From Squalus acanthias (lineage: Eukaryota), in contig CM059432.1 of the NCBI GenBank assembly GCA_030390025.1, positions 44,642,001 to 44,706,000 on the forward strand: a DNA stretch of 64,000 nucleotides, read 5' to 3'. Made by a program: the position numbers and the translations under genes. Below are positions 11,926 to 25,935 of this stretch, piece after piece. The number at the start of each line of letters is the position of its first letter. Within the stretch, counting starts at the first letter, position 1. The notes beneath the pieces were generated by a model, which was not told the origin of the DNA, did no database searches, and saw nothing but the letters and a program-made list of their open reading frames with translations.

Positions 11926-14900
11926 CGGGATTATTAATGGAGCTACTTTGAGGTGTACAAATGCTGCAATTGCACCTCCCCTCCCACTTTATCTGGGGGA
12001 GCGAATGTAGTTGAGTAGCTTGGAATAGGAAGAGACCCAAACTGGTGGGCCCCTCAGGAAGGGGGGGAATAGCTTTTTGATTTGAAAGGTTCCTTTTAGA
12101 AGATGAGCAATAGTATCTTTTTTTCCCAGAAATAAATTTTGTGGGCACATGATAGATTATAGGAAGGGTTTGGATTGCCTGTTGGCAACTTGGTATAACC
12201 TTTCCAGCTCTCCTACATTTAGCATCCATCAAGATCAACTTTGTGAGTTGTCAGAACTTCCAGTTGTATTTTTCCAGGTTTAACCTTTAAGAAGAAATTG
12301 GTTTGTATTTTCTTCTTCCATTTTAAGTACACGCATCTTTTTTATGTAGTACTTTGAAGCAGAAATTCGCTGAAGGCGGAGGCTCGATACTTTTTAAACA
12401 AATATAATTAAAACTCTTTCTTTGCGCAGTCAGATATAATCTGTGCCCTGCCAGAGGTTTCATGTGGAGTGCTTCCTTCTCAGCATTTCACCTTGCCTTG
12501 GTTTGCTCTGTTTTCAATCATCATGTTGCTGAGGCTAGGGCCAGGACCTTGCTAATTAGAACCCCCCAGATTTTTTTCCCTAAAATTGCGTGAAACAGAT
12601 CAAATCTAGTAGACATTAGTATTCTCACTAAGATTCAATTAAGTGTAATAGGCCTGTAAAATAAAAAAATTGTACTGTGCTCACTTGAACTGAATACATA
12701 GCAGTACAATTATAGATTTTTGTCTTTCCCAATGTGGGGTGTTTGGGCAAAGCATTTTGTGGTGTCTAGCACTTGGGTGGAGTTGTGGTGACAACAGATT
12801 GAGCTGATGAATTAGAGCATCACACAAGAACGATACTGTGCCCAACACTGAGGGGCTCCAGCTTTAGGGTTTTATTTACTGTATTAATACCAATAAGCTA
12901 AATAATCCTAGTGGCAAAACTGAGACATGAAATACTATCCATGCTTCACTTCTTTTGGTTACTGGTACCAGATTGCATTGAAGAAATGTTTGTAAAAAAT
13001 ACTTTTGAAGCTTTAGGCTGTTCTTTTTCTTCCTGCCTGCTCTTGGTTTCCAAGTGGCGGTTGTTAGGCAGCTGTTGGAAAACTTTAGGGAAATCAGTGT
13101 AAGTGAGGGAGGAATTGATTGGAACTATTTCCCTGTGGCCTGTTTATTTTATTTCCCTGGAGTGTAGAGGAAGTAGTCTGGTTGTACCTATTGCATTTCA
13201 AATATCTAATTTTAAAGCTTTGCCTATGCACTTATTTTTTACTTTTTCCATTGGTGTTGGGCTAGAGCTGAGGTATGCAAACTTTTTTTTTTGCTGAGCT
13301 CCCCTTTGGAGATTCCTGTCCCACTCGTGCCTTTTTCTAAGGCAGTGTTATGTAGTCCTCAAGAAGATGGCAGAGTTAAATCTTATTGGTTTCATAAAGT
13401 GGAGGGAAAAAAAATTGAGAAGTTCAAAATGCTCACCCTGCCTGCAGTCATGTAAGTGCATGACTCAAAAAGCCAACTGCTTCAAGGATCTCTACTTTCA
13501 CGCAGGAATCAGGAGATGCCACAGAAATGTTTTTCACTAACTGATGCAGCCTCGCATAGCCAGATAGTGCATGATGGGGCAATCTCGGCACCATTTACTG
13601 AGATGTTTGAATCCCTGCCAATTTCTATAAGTGGACGTTGGACCTATTGGAGCTGCTTGTGGTGCAAAAGTAATTAGTTACTTTCCAATTTCCCACTGCT
13701 GGAGTGCTATTTGATCTGCCATTCAACTAATCTGGGTTAGGCCTCCATTCATTCCAATAAAATTAGCCCTACATTACAACAATGACTACACTTCAAAAGT
13801 ACTTAATTGGTTGTAAAATGCTTTGCGACAACTTGAGGTCATGAAAGCCGCTGTATAAATGAAAGGTTTCTTATTTTAAATTTCCCACTAGCATTCCTGT
13901 CGACACTGCACCTTGAACGACTCTTGGATCCACTCCCTGTCCATAATTGACTCCAACCTTGGATCTGGTTCATGATCTCCAAACTGAAACTGACTGCACG
14001 CTGTCTAAAAAAATCAGCTTCATCCCACCACTGAGCATCAAACTTCAATTTTGGATTTTCTCATATATGTTTTCTTCCTGTCCTCTATTTGCAACCAGGG
14101 TGTGTCACAGCCCTATTAATCTCTGTGTGCCCTTGTAACCTGAATTTTCTCGTTGTGAATTTTAACTGCAGCTCTGGACCTGAGCCAATTACTTTTTAAT
14201 TTCCTTTTTTTTCTTGGTTTCTTATCTTCTCTCTTCCCCCTGCCCCTTCCAGTCACCCAGTCATGCTCCATTTCATTTTTTTCTCCTCTCTGGTACTTTG
14301 CTTCCCTCCCACCCCAATCCCTACCGAACCCATTAATACTCCTGTCTACCTATTCTCCTATCGCCCTCTCCGACTTCAATTCCTCTTTAACTCCATGGTT
14401 AGCCTATGTGCCTCTCTTGGCATTCTCTGAAAGGCCTGTTGAGGCACCCGCTGCTGCCATCTTAGGAGCAGCAACCCCAATTGCCCCATGCTTTTTCACC
14501 GACTTTCCGACCTGCGCAAAAGGTGGCGACGAACCTCACCAACCACCATCTCGTCACATTCACCGCATCCACCACTGCGCCCTTGAACTCTGCCAACAAT
14601 CACTGGCCCTCTCCACATTTACCTCCAGAATGTCCACCATGAGCCTTTTCTGTTTTTGTTTTTGATTTACTGTATTTTGCTTTTTATTTTGTCAATACGT
14701 GATTTTCAGGGGGGGGGAAAAAACAAAATTACTTGACTGAATGGAGATGAATTCATCAATTTGTACCAAGTATGTGGTGATTTGTGTAAACAGTAGTTTA
14801 TTCAGTTCTTTCTTGATTATTTGGCACACAGGTTTTAATGTTCACACCTTTTTGGTTTTGTGTTGTCATCCTCTTTTAAATGTTCAGTTTTCAGGCAAAG

Positions 14901-15469
14901 CTACATTTTCTAACCTGGATATCTCCATGATTAAGCAAAGTTGTGAAGATAATGATGGCGAAAACTAGCTATGAAACTTGGAGGACATGCTCATCATGCT
15001 GCTAGGGTAACATTGTCAGTAATATACTAATCAGACTTGATGTGAATATGCAAATTAACTGCAAACTGACTGTCATAATAACACACACAATTGTATTATA
15101 TCTTTGAAAAATGTAGGGGGCAGACTGCGTGAACCAAAAACCCATTAACTAATTATGCTAAATGAATACAATTTGCATATTCTGATTAGGTTGATTAGAA
15201 AATGTACTTTTCTGTAACTAACTCAAGTAAAGTACTGATGGCATTGTGTTTACAATAGAAGGTACTTGCATTAGACTAGTTAGATTTAGAATTTTTGATT
15301 TGTGCTGTTTACCTCTTCTATTATACAATTAGATTCCTCTCCCATCACTGGGTTAAATTGCTTTTTAGGGTCCCAGCAGCGCATGCTCCTTCCTGCTCAA
15401 GGGACATTTATCTCCCTTTGCCATTAACTTGTTTGAAGTGCTCTTAGTGGGGGAGGGATAAAAGAGAGG

Positions 15470-16310
15470 GGTCCCAGGACATCCTGCAGCGATGGCCTGG
15501 GACGGTGATTGGCCTCCAAGTATAACCATCTGTCTTGGTGTCAGGTATGACTTCAGCCATTGCAGGGTTTTTCCTTTGCCCTCCACCCCCCTGCATTGAC
15601 TTCAGTTTTGCTGAGGCATCTTGGTGCCATATTCTGTCAAATGCTGCTCTGCTGTCGAGGGGAGCTGCTTTTACCTCTCCTTTGACATTCGGTTCCTTTG
15701 TCCATGTTGGGATCAAGGCTTGGAGCCGAGTGTTTCTGGCAACATCTGAAGCTAAAGAACTCTAGTATTGGTGTCTCTTCCCACCTCCACATTGTTATTT
15801 CTGGAGTCCTCCAAGGGGGAGGATGGCCAATAGAGCATTGGAGATGGGAAGGATGGTCAGGGGAGAATTGGATTAGTGAGGTTGAGGTGAAGTAGGTTAC
15901 TTTGTGTTCTCTTCGCCGCCAGACCCAGACTTGGTGTGACAGTTATGTCCTTCAAGGCTGTCAGTGGTGGTACTACTGAGCCTCTCTTAGCCATTCCCCT
16001 CCCAGAGCACATTCTGTGCCCTGGCTTCCTCCCAAGTGGTGATCATTGTGGTTAAATACTGATTTGTCAGTTAGAGAGGGTAGATAGTATTCAGCGGTGG
16101 TTTCCTTGGTGTTATTTGACCCGAGGCGGTCCAGACTCAATATTGAGGACTTCCAAGGACTGTATTCCATTGTGTGCCCCCACCTCTGCTGTGTCTATCC
16201 TGGCAGTCGGACAAGAGATTCTCAGAGAAGGTGTTGGAGAAGACTGGGGTGTTGGTTCATAGATACAATTCTGTTAATGCAACTAAGTCGAGCTTGATAA
16301 GTCTGTAGAA
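15470..16310 (-). mobile_element. Degenerate CR1-type LINE internal fragment
   Basis: RAAFDRIWHQ...KLKSM and GKTLQWLKSYLTPRQMV remnants. Probably the same family as 4308-4960 and 25066-25935. Confidence 0.65.
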
Positions 16311-16539
16311 AGTTCTCTGAACTTGAACTTTGATGTTACCGAGGGTGACTTTGCAGAGTCAACTGGATTGGGATTGGCCAAGTCTTGCTCAGATGCGATT
16401 CTTGGTTTGTTGCCAATAGTCCGTCTTTTATTTCGCTCATGATTGTATTATTTAGTGATGTATAGGCTATTTCAGGATATGAAGAGTAACCACATATTGT
16501 GAAATTGATTTGGTAATATTAATGGCAGGAGGATTGCTG

Positions 16540-17695
16540 ACCACCTTATTCCTTTTGAAAAGATATTTAAAATCAACCTGAACAGGCAGATGAAACCCTG
16601 GTTTAACATCTTATCCAAAGGATTGCATCCAAGACAGTGTAGCACTCACTCAGTTACGAATTCAAATCTGGTATCCGACGCGAACCCATAAACTTCTGAG
16701 CTGCAGGTGAGAGTGCTCCTAATTAAGACAAGCTGACATAGGATCTGCAGTTGAAGAGTGACTACATTTCAAGTAATATGTCCCTGGCATGCCAATCTGT
16801 GGGGATCTGGCAATACACCAAATAGTAAATATATAGAATGCGGTTGCTACCATTTATTATAACATGTATTTTGTCTCCTTTCAATCCAAAGTCATGTGTT
16901 AATGAAGCATCCTGATGAGAATGGCAACAATTAATATCAACCACTTACTGTGTAGGTTTACCAGCTGAAACTGGGAAAATGAATCAGAAGAGATTTTAAG
17001 GTTTTTAAGTTCTTTTGGAGGAAATTTTCAATAGTCTTCATATAAAAATCTGAAAGACTGATCAGATAGAGGTGTAAACCTAGGTTAGTGTTTCCATCAC
17101 ATGGGGATCATAGTCTATTGTTGAAAGTGGTAAGTAATAGTGAGCTTTATGATTCCAGGCCAATGTGAGCCCTACTTGGTTCACTTTCAAAAATGAATAT
17201 TTAATGAATATTACAATTTATAATTTGGATAGGTTTTAACAATTTCATGTCATTACCCACCATTTGAAAGATACCGTGACATTATTTTTAGAGTAATTAG
17301 TTAATCGCAAGTGGTGCTTGTGGTCAAAATTTTAAATTAATATTCGTATCTGATATCTCTGGATGCAGTCGTTCAGTCCAGTTAAGACTGGACCAGGTTA
17401 AGAACTTCAGCCTAATTTAAAAATTCAGTTACAACTTGAATTTTTAAATTATTATTTCAACTGAAGTTACACTTTTTTTAAACCATATTTAAAGGCCTAG
17501 AAAGAAAGAACCACTTGCATTTATATAAGGCCTTTGAACAGCCTAAAGTGCTTTACAGTTAATGTACTTTTTAAAGTGTAGTCACTGTTGTAAAGTAGAA
17601 AATGTGGGAGCCAATTTGTGCACAGCAAGGTCCCACAAGCAGCAATAAGATAATGACCAGATAAGTCTGTTTGTGATGTTGCTTGACGGATATTT
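16540..17695 (-). repeat. Two decayed SacSINE1-like fragments (~16540-16740 head; ~17500-17695 tail)
   Basis: Similar by eye to 11331-11785 (gaacccataaacttctgag...agctgaca; gtcactgttgta...cagcaaggtcccaca). Confidence 0.6.
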
Positions 17696-18325
17696 GAACT
17701 TAAACTTTCAGTTGGTGTGGGAATGTATTGACTTCCATCAGTGTTTGAGAATGCCATTCATCCTCCGATCTGTACAATACCACATGGTTAACATGGACCT
17801 ATCGGAAAGCAAAGGGATATCCAACAATCCTATCTCTATACTGATGCACTAAATGTTAGATCAGTTTTCCAAAGATGCTATGTGAGGCCATGATGCTGAC
17901 CGATGGAGCTATGGTTTATTTCAAATTGTGTCCTTTGATTAGCAAGAAAAACTGGAAGTAGCCTCTGGAAGGTTAATTTAAAAACCTTATTCAGGTGTAT
18001 ATTTGTGACCTTATTCTCTGCAAAGTTGATTATAAAGTATACACTCTGAATCTCCAGTCATTTGATGTTGCTGCTCAACACTTCTTACTAAATAACTGGT
18101 TTTATTTATGGGCTTTGGAAGTACTTTTATATATGAAAGAAACATGTGCATCAAGCTAGTAAAAATAAATGTTCAATATAATACTTGTTAGTGCTACTTG
18201 TAATTTGTGGAAAATATGCTTATAGTACATTTTCAAAATTAGCAGAAAATATGTGTTAACTAAATTCATTCCAAAATGTAATCTTAATTTCTTCTTTCAT
18301 GACTACAAGAGTTCCCATTTACTAA

Positions 18326-18423
18326 TGCAAAAGCAAAATACTGCAGATACTGGAAATCTGAAGTAAAAACAGAAAATGCTGGAAATACTCAGTCGGTCAG
18401 GCAGCATCTGTGCAAATGTGTCA
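18326..18423. mobile_element. Short retroposed fragment, probably a Penelope-like element terminus, with a 9-bp TSD
   Basis: ATTTACTAA at 18317-18325 and 18424-18432 flanks aaaagcaaaatactgcagatactggaaatctg...ggcagcatctgtg. Family assignment is from recollection only. Confidence 0.5.
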
Positions 18424-19772
18424 ATTTACTAAACCAGTTTATTGTAATGTTTGCATATTTTAATACATTTTCATCAAACAAGTAACAGTAATTTCTTTTG
18501 TCTTTGAATTTAATTGCCGGTGATGAAGGCCGTCATTGCTTTTGACTTTTTTTGTATATTAAATTTGTTTTGACAACAGGTTTCACCCAGCATTTTGTGA
18601 TGTTTATATAAAGAATACATGTGATATTACTATAGGGAGATCATTACAACACATGTTGGTAATGTTCCAGAATACTGAGTGCACAGTGATTTCAACATCA
18701 ACAATGATTAAAATGCGTTGAGGGCAGGGTTTTTGGACGATTCTATGACAACTGTACGACTTGTTCAATATGTTAGAACAGGATCCATATACCAGTGAAG
18801 GCCTTTGAAGTAGATGGGTAAAAGGGTTGAGATCTGTCAAAAAACGATCAACTGAGTTTTTTTTATATAATATAAAAAAATTGAGAAATCTGTACTTGTA
18901 AAATTTGTTTGCCCAATACAGGATACATAACTTTCTTCCCTTCAGGGGCATTCTTCATTTGCTTAAGACCAGAGATCTTCAGCATAAGTTGATAGAACCA
19001 AGGCTGAGGGAATCTCTTTTCCCCCACCCCTGCTCAAATTTGTGCAGAGGCCCTACTGGAGTTTACTGAGATAAAACTCATCACAGAACACTGGTAACTT
19101 TTCTATGTTATCCAGCTAGGACCACTCTAGAGACTCTGCTTACTTTCCACCTCTTTTCCCCCTTTGCTCCCAAAGGTGGATAGTTACTAGTTGGCTGACG
19201 AGCATGGATTTGAGTCCTTGCTAGGTGGACTGCAGATATCAGGAGCTCCTCATGAATGATGCAATGGGCAGCACAGCATACCATAAGATGTGTCTGCGTT
19301 GCCACCACTGTCCTGACTACAGCATGATGAGACACACCACGTGGAATGGTGGTTCCACTAGTTGGAGATTTGTAGTGTTGGCAACAGTCGTTTGTCTCTT
19401 TGCAAACCTTTCATGGTTGGCACTGAGCCATAACTAAATAAGCATGTATTCTCATGACTTCCGGGTAACACATTCCAGCTGGAGTTGTCCCAAGTCTGAG
19501 TTTTCTTATTAGCTTTGGAGTGAGACTTGAACCCACAAACTCTGACTTGGGCGTGAGTTTATCACTGAGCCTCGTGCCCCTTGTATCTTCCAATGAATAC
19601 CATTGAGATCTAAGATTCATAGGTTAAGTGCGGCAGGTGAAACTAAAGTCAGACTACCCCTTGAAAGGGCTTTGGCAAATTGGCAATGCCTACTGTATGG
19701 CTGATTTTTCTCTCTCCAGGGCACTCGGTGACAAGTCAATTTAGATTGTACCCTGCCCTTCCTGCATCCACC

Positions 19773-20440
19773 AAGCAATTAGGAAAGCAAATGGTATGTT
19801 GGCCTTTATTAAAAGGGGGTTTGAGTATAAGAGTAAAGACGTCTTACTGCAATTATATAGGGCCCTGGTGAGACCCCACCTGGAGTATTGTGTACAGTTT
19901 TGGTCTCCTTACCTAAGGAAGGATATACTTGCCATAGAGGGAGTGCAGCAAAGGTTCACCAGACTGATTCCTGGGATGGGGGGGATTGTCCTATGAGGAC
20001 AGATTGAGTAGACTGGGCCTATATTCTCTAGAGTTTAGAAGAATGAGAGGTGATCTCATTGAAACATACAAAATTCTTACAGGGCTTGATAGGGTAGATG
20101 CAGGGAGGATGTTTCCCCTGGCTGGGGAGTCCAGAACCAGGGGTCACAGTCTCAGAATAAGGATTCGGCCATTTAGGACTGATATAAGGAGAAATTTCTT
20201 CACTCGGAGGGTGTTGAATCTTTGGAATTCTCTACCCCAGAGGGCTGTGGCGGCTCAGTCATTGAGTATATTCAAGACAGAGATCAATGGATTTTTGAAT
20301 ATTAAGGGAATCAAGGGATATGGGGATAGTGCAGGAAAGTGGAGATGAGGTAGAAGATCAGCCATGATCTTATTGAATGGCGGAGCAGGCTTGAGGAGCC
20401 AAATGGCCTACTCCTCCTATTTCTTATGTTCTTATGTTCT
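19773..20440 (+). mobile_element. Young CR1 (HER1-like) LINE 3' fragment
   Basis: ORFs 19796-19996 and 19986-20348 (LVRPHLEYCVQFWSP...RRMRGDLIETYK...LWNSLP). Tail ggcctactcc...(cttatgtt)n. Confidence 0.92.
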
Positions 20441-21439
20441 TCCTGCGGCTACTTTCCCATTTTGCCACAAATTTACCCAATGCTTGATCTTGGATCTCAC
20501 ACATTGGCTGGAGTAAGCCTTTCTATTGTATCCCTAGGCGTTTTGAACCATGAAGGGCACCTGTCCTTTGTCACTGGGGCTTAGCCATCATTGAAGAAAG
20601 ATGAGATAGACCAAAGTGCCTTTTGCCTATCTGGACACTTCAGGGGACCATGTCCATGCTGAAGCTAACATTTGCAGGTTCTGGTGAGTCAGCAATAAGA
20701 ACAAATGCTCCTTGTAACTTGCAATGAATACCTTTTTGAAATCTGAGATTTATAGGTAAAGCGCAGCAGGTGAAACTGCAGATTAGTCCACAGGAAAACT
20801 CACTATCAAACTGGAGAGCTATGCAAGTTGATGCTTCAACACCTGCAGCGAATCCATCCTGTGGAGGTTTTTTTTTGTAACGTTGGAAGAGTGCAAACGA
20901 CTGTGTCTGGTTTATCGTAGCATAAGAAGGTCGTCATTCAGCTTATCTCTCTACCGGAAGTAAGGACTCCGCGTTAAGTTTATAAAGTTCCCAGTAGGTC
21001 CAGCGTGACACTTGCAGATTTTATAAACCTGACTTCACACTTCATCTAGTGCAGAGCTACACTGCAAGAGATCCTACAGCACTTGGCTTTAGTTTGTTGA
21101 GGAATCCTCAGGACCTGACTCAAGTTATGCAGCTATTTTTTGCTGAAACAAATCAGTGGACATTTCATAGGGGACCATTGGCAATAGTTTAAAATTCAAG
21201 AACATAAATCTCATCATTAAAAGGGTCCTTGCGCTGTTGAGTACCAGCCCTAACTTTCCATCAAAGGAATTGATAGGATAGATAGAAACTTTTTATATTG
21301 GTGGTGGAGTCTATGACAATGGGGACATAATCTTAAAATCAGTGCCAGGCCATTCGGGAGAGAAGTTAGAAAACACTTCTTCATGCAAAGGGTGGTAGAA
21401 GTGTGGAACTTCTCTCCCACAAAAAGCAGTAGATGCTAG

Positions 21440-22270
21440 TCATGCCCCTACAAGAATGGCCTGCACCGTATCCTCCAAAGGGGTGAGGTGAGACTAGGAA
21501 TGGGAGATGTGCCTCGTGATTGATGCTGAGTGATTGGGGGGAGGCGGAGTCGTGCATTGAGCAGTGTGAGAGGCTAGTGGTGCAGTTAGTTGGAGATGGC
21601 TTTTGAAGGTGCATTCACTGACCTTGACTAGTGGTCTGAAGTCATGAAGTTTCTTTGAGCACTGGAACCAGGTGATGGGGGCGACACTGCTGGCAGTGAC
21701 ATCCTCGGTGATGTGGTCCCACGTTGTTCTTTCTGGAGGGCTTCCTTGCCCCTGTGGGTGGAGGACCTCTCTTGCAGTGTTGACCCCCTGCACAAAGCTG
21801 GAGTGCCCCTTCCCTGGCTTGCTGAGCCATTTGTGTTGGTGATGAAGTACTTTTCCCATTTTTTGAGGTTCGGAAGGGAATTCCGCTTTAAGTGCTGAAG
21901 ACTCCCATTTGGGACTTTTTAATTTTTTTTAAAGGCAGTAAGGGAGGCTGGAAACTGCATTTTTTTTTCACCATTTTAATTTTTATTAGTTCAGAAGTCA
22001 TTGCCCTTTTAATTTCCCACAATTCCAACCAAATCTATTGCCTCGTTTGCAGAGGCTGTTAGAAGTTGAAATGCCGCTTCAGGACAGGAACTTCGACTTC
22101 CATGCCTTCACTAACGCCACCAGGAGGGCGTTACATAGTAAGTTAGCGCTGGGCTAAAAATCTTTAGCCCCCAGTGCAAATTTTTCCTTGGTAGTGCTTC
22201 GTCCATTTTCAGCGGCTGTTCGAGTTGCTGGTGACACCGGCAACTCTCATGGCGGCCACAAATTTTTCCC
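21440..22270 (-). mobile_element. Decayed one-ended Harbinger fragment (Myb exon-1 remnant plus TIR)
   Basis: ORF 21494-21859 TWDHITEDVTASSVAPITWFQCSKKLHDF resembles Myb/SANT. Ends in AAATTTTTCCCC, like the 6883/60275 family TIR. Confidence 0.65.
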
Positions 22271-22779
22271 CTCACATCACGCACACCGCTTTTGTTCTTG
22301 GAGTTGTTGCTAAAGTACTAATATGTCAACAAAGGCAAGTTCCTCTACACTATTTTTCACAAAGTTGTAAAGAAAGGCAATGTGTATGACTTTAAAGCTA
22401 CGTTTGCTGGCAATGACGTGTTGACTAGTGTACAACTGTACAGACAACGCAAGGAAGTGGGAGGAGTAATTGGACAGAACTTGCCCCGCGTTCTGCCTGG
22501 AATACCCTTTTGTACATGCGCAGGGAAAGACGTCCTTGGGAGTTGTATGTGAGGTGCTGAGTCCCCAAGTGCAACACCGGGGGAGATTCACTATATCCCT
22601 GTGTGTATTTGTGATTTTAGCTGTCAGCTTGGCTCAGTGGTAGTTCTTTTACCAGAGTCAAAAGGTTGTAGGTTTGAATCTCATTTCCAGGACCTAAACA
22701 TGTAATCAAGGCTGACACTTCAGTTATTGCTGATTCTGATCTTTCCATCTCCCTCCCTGCTCCCCCTCTTTTTTTTCTC

Positions 22780-22780
<1 letters not shown>

Positions 22781-22811
<31 letters not shown>
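22781..22811. repeat. Poly-C homopolymer (31 nt)
   Basis: Directly visible; preceded by a pyrimidine tract. Confidence 0.95.
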
Positions 22812-22814
<3 letters not shown>

Positions 22815-23882
22815 CTGAAGCAATCAGTTCAAATACAAGCCTTGCTACACCTAAAGGGGCTTACTGCAACAGATCGATTGAGTGTTTTAAAAGTTAATCG
22901 ACCAGTTTCCCCACAGACAAAAAGTGGCCTGTGAAGCCGGGAACGGCAGAGATTAGAGGCTGATGGCGTTAGTGCTATCAGCGCTTTGGTGTTAAAGGCC
23001 AGTCATCTTGCAATGGCTACCTGCATGGGGACAGATGTTCAAGTCTGACAGCATGGGAGTGAGTTGGAGGCCACTTCTCTGTCTATGATGCTGCTCTGTG
23101 GATTGACTTCTCTCCCATTTTGTTAAGCTGCATTCTCAGCTGTGGCTGAATTTTTACCCGTCTAAATAGATTTAAAGGGAGAAGTGTGCAAATTGCAAAA
23201 ACAAAAGTAAATTTGCTTGACGATACCCAGATGTGCTGATTTCAGTGGTAAATATTGAATGAACTCCATGTCAAAATGACAATTTCTAAACCTTACATTG
23301 CAGAAATGAGACAATTAGAAACTCACGCTTTTTAATTAAAAAAAAAAATTGTGTTCAAACAGGGTTACAATATACTTCCTTGAAATTGTGCTTGTTTCAA
23401 CATTTAAGGTTCCTAACACAAGCAGTCCAGTTCTAAGTGTAAGACTCATTGCACCTAAAGGGGCTTACTGCACCATTTATATCCAAGTCACGATTGAATT
23501 TAGCAGTGAAGACCCTTCCTGTTGCAAAATACAAGTAGTGCTTTTCAGTCTACTGTAAGCTAAGTTATTGGAGTAGCAGTGAACAGTTCTTCATTTTATT
23601 TGGCTTGTGCTGATATCTACTAATGCAGATTTGCACCTAATTAGCAGCTATTCTAAACTAGTTGAGTCTATACAAAGGATCAAATTCCTTTGGGTAATTT
23701 GTGTTGTGCAAAAAGAGTCCTCTGTGTAATGCACATTACTCTTGATGCAGAGCAAAATTCAATTTTCAGTGCCTAACTGCAAATCTGGAGTTGTAGATTC
23801 AAATTAATCAGTGCATTGAAGAAAGATGGAATTGCCTACTTTCGGATTTTAATACAACGGTGCAGGTTTATATATATCGTGC

Positions 23883-24134
23883 TAGGTTTCCCAACCTTCT
23901 AGGACTGTTCTGGAGTCTCCAGGAATTAAAGATTAATCTCTCTAGAGAAAAATCATAGGGGCATTTAATCAATGGTTTGGGGTTTTTCCATTTTCTTTGA
24001 ACACTTTTTTATTAGTTATAAAAATATTGGCGATGGTGGGGTGGTAGTGGGGAAGGCTGTTGGCGGGGCGTTTGGAGGCAGCAGATCGTGTGGTGCAATG
24101 TCCAGGAATACATCCAACCGGAGTTGGCAACCTT
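23883..24134. mobile_element. Small MITE-like element with degenerate AGGTTGCCAAC-type TIRs
   Basis: aggtttcccaacc at 23884-23896 and gttggcaacct at 24123-24133. Confidence 0.55.
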
Positions 24135-24624
24135 GCATCATGCCCCTAGACATTCATACATTAGCCTACAGATCACTGTTCCCTTCTATGAATTAATTTC
24201 CAGTGTGCTTCACTAAACATGGGTGTAACTTATAACCAAAGTGACTGTTTAATTGAGTTTGTGGTGGAACGAATGTAACAGCTGTCTAATTTGGGTGTAT
24301 GATGGAGATGCACCCAGTCGTATAGAATATCATTTAGGCTGGATGGAAAAGAAGAGACTAACAGCTGCCCTGATCAGAACCAGCTGTGGTAATGGAATAT
24401 TCTGTAATCTAGGTCCATAGTCATAAACAATCAACAAGTTCTTAGTTCTTGCAGTTGCTTAATATTGAGTGAGTCCAAAACTGGATGAAACAGAACCTAA
24501 AATTAACAATTGCTCTGATCAGATACAAGTGCAATAATGGAGTATTTCATAATTCAGATTCATAGTTTTAGTGCTACAAGAGCAGCTTGTTTATGTAACT
24601 ATCAGCCAACTGGTCATTTGTTTA

Positions 24625-24942
24625 CAGGTGAGCCTAGGCACTGAGTATCAGCAAGGTTGTATGATTGGGAGCCAGGGGCAGCATCACTGGGGCACCTGAT
24701 CTTGGCCCCCACCCAGCAGTCACTTGTATACTTTTTGGTAGAATTCACTGGAAAACATTTAATAGAAATCCTGATCTTCCTTTCTTCATGTTTACCCCCA
24801 ACTCATCAAGTGACAGGTAGGCCTCACTGCAGCCCCATCTTATTAGTAACACAGACTAGAAATTGAACCTTGGATCTTTCGCATCTCTGGCTCAGTGCCG
24901 CAACAAGTTGTACATTTGCCCACAATACCATTTGGAGAGCTT
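24625..24942 (-). mobile_element. Ancient tRNA-derived SINE (LF-SINE-like); related + strand copy at ~33235-33530
   Basis: Recognised by recollection of the consensus (ggctcagtgc/gaacc head; tagcctg...ctaggctcac body). Highly decayed. Confidence 0.4.
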
Positions 24943-25065
24943 AATCAACTTTATATTTGCATAGTTGTTTTAAAATTTAGTGAGCGGCTGTGGAAGCTCA
25001 GTTGGTAACTAAAGTCGCTCATTAATGATCAAAAAGTTATAGTTTTGTCCTGCATTAGCTGCTTG

Positions 25066-25935
25066 TTTTTTATTCGCTTATGGGATCTGGGCGTCGCTGG
25101 CAAGGCCAGCATTTATTGCCCATCCCTAGTTGCCCTTGAGAAGGTGGTGGTGAGCCGCCGCCTTGAACCGCTGCAGTCCGTGTGGTGAAGGTACTCCCAC
25201 GTGCTGTTAGGTAGGGAGTTCCAGGATTTTGACCCAGCAACGATGAAGGATCGGCGATATACTTCCAAGTCAGGATGGTGTGTGACTTGGAGGGGAACTT
25301 GGAGGTGGTGGTGTTCCCATGCGCCTGCTGCCCTTGTCCTTCTAGGTGGAAGAAGTCACTGGTTTGGGAGGTGCTGCCGAAGAAGCCATGGGGAGTTGCT
25401 GCAGTGCATCTTGTAGATGGTACACACTGCAGCCACAGTACGTCAGTGGTGGAGGGAGTGAATGTTTAAGGTGGTGGATGGGGTGCCAATCAAACAGGCT
25501 GCTTTGTCCTGGATGGTGTCGAGCTTCTTGAGTGTTGTTGGAGCTGCACTCATCCAAACAAGTGGAGTGTATTCCATCACACTCCTTACTTGTGCCTTGT
25601 AGATGGTGGAAAGGCTTTGGAGAGTCAGGAGGTGAGACACTCGCTGCAGAATACCTAGCCTCTGACCTGCTCTTGTTGCCACAGTATTTATGTGGCTGGT
25701 CCAGTTAAGTTTCTGGTCAATGGTGACCCCCAGGATGTTGATGGTGGGGGATTCAGCGATGGTAATGCCGTTGAATGTCAAGGGGAGGTGGTTAGACTCA
25801 TGCTTGTTGGAGATAGTCATTGCCTGGCACTTCTGTGGCGTGAATGTTACCTGCCACTTATCAGCCCAAGCCTGAACGTCATCCAGGTCTTGTTGCATGC
25901 GGGCATGGACTGCTTCATTATCTGAGGAGTTGTGA
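25066..25935 (-). mobile_element. CR1-type LINE 3' fragment (distinct family)
   Basis: ORF 25443-25898 QQDLDDVQAWADKWQVTF...ILGVTIDQKLNW...YKAQVRSVMEY. Tail ...gccagcgacgcccagatcccataagcgaataaaaaa on the minus strand. Confidence 0.9.

Noticed and set aside
18580..18658. Possible cassette exon in the TMEM64 intron (acag|GTTT...TTG|gtaatg)
   Set aside because: No similarity to any protein I recognise; its length is not a multiple of 3; likely chance splice signals.
24977..25025. 13-bp GU-containing hairpin resembling a pre-miRNA
   Set aside because: The stem is too short for Drosha/Dicer processing and I recognise no mature miRNA.
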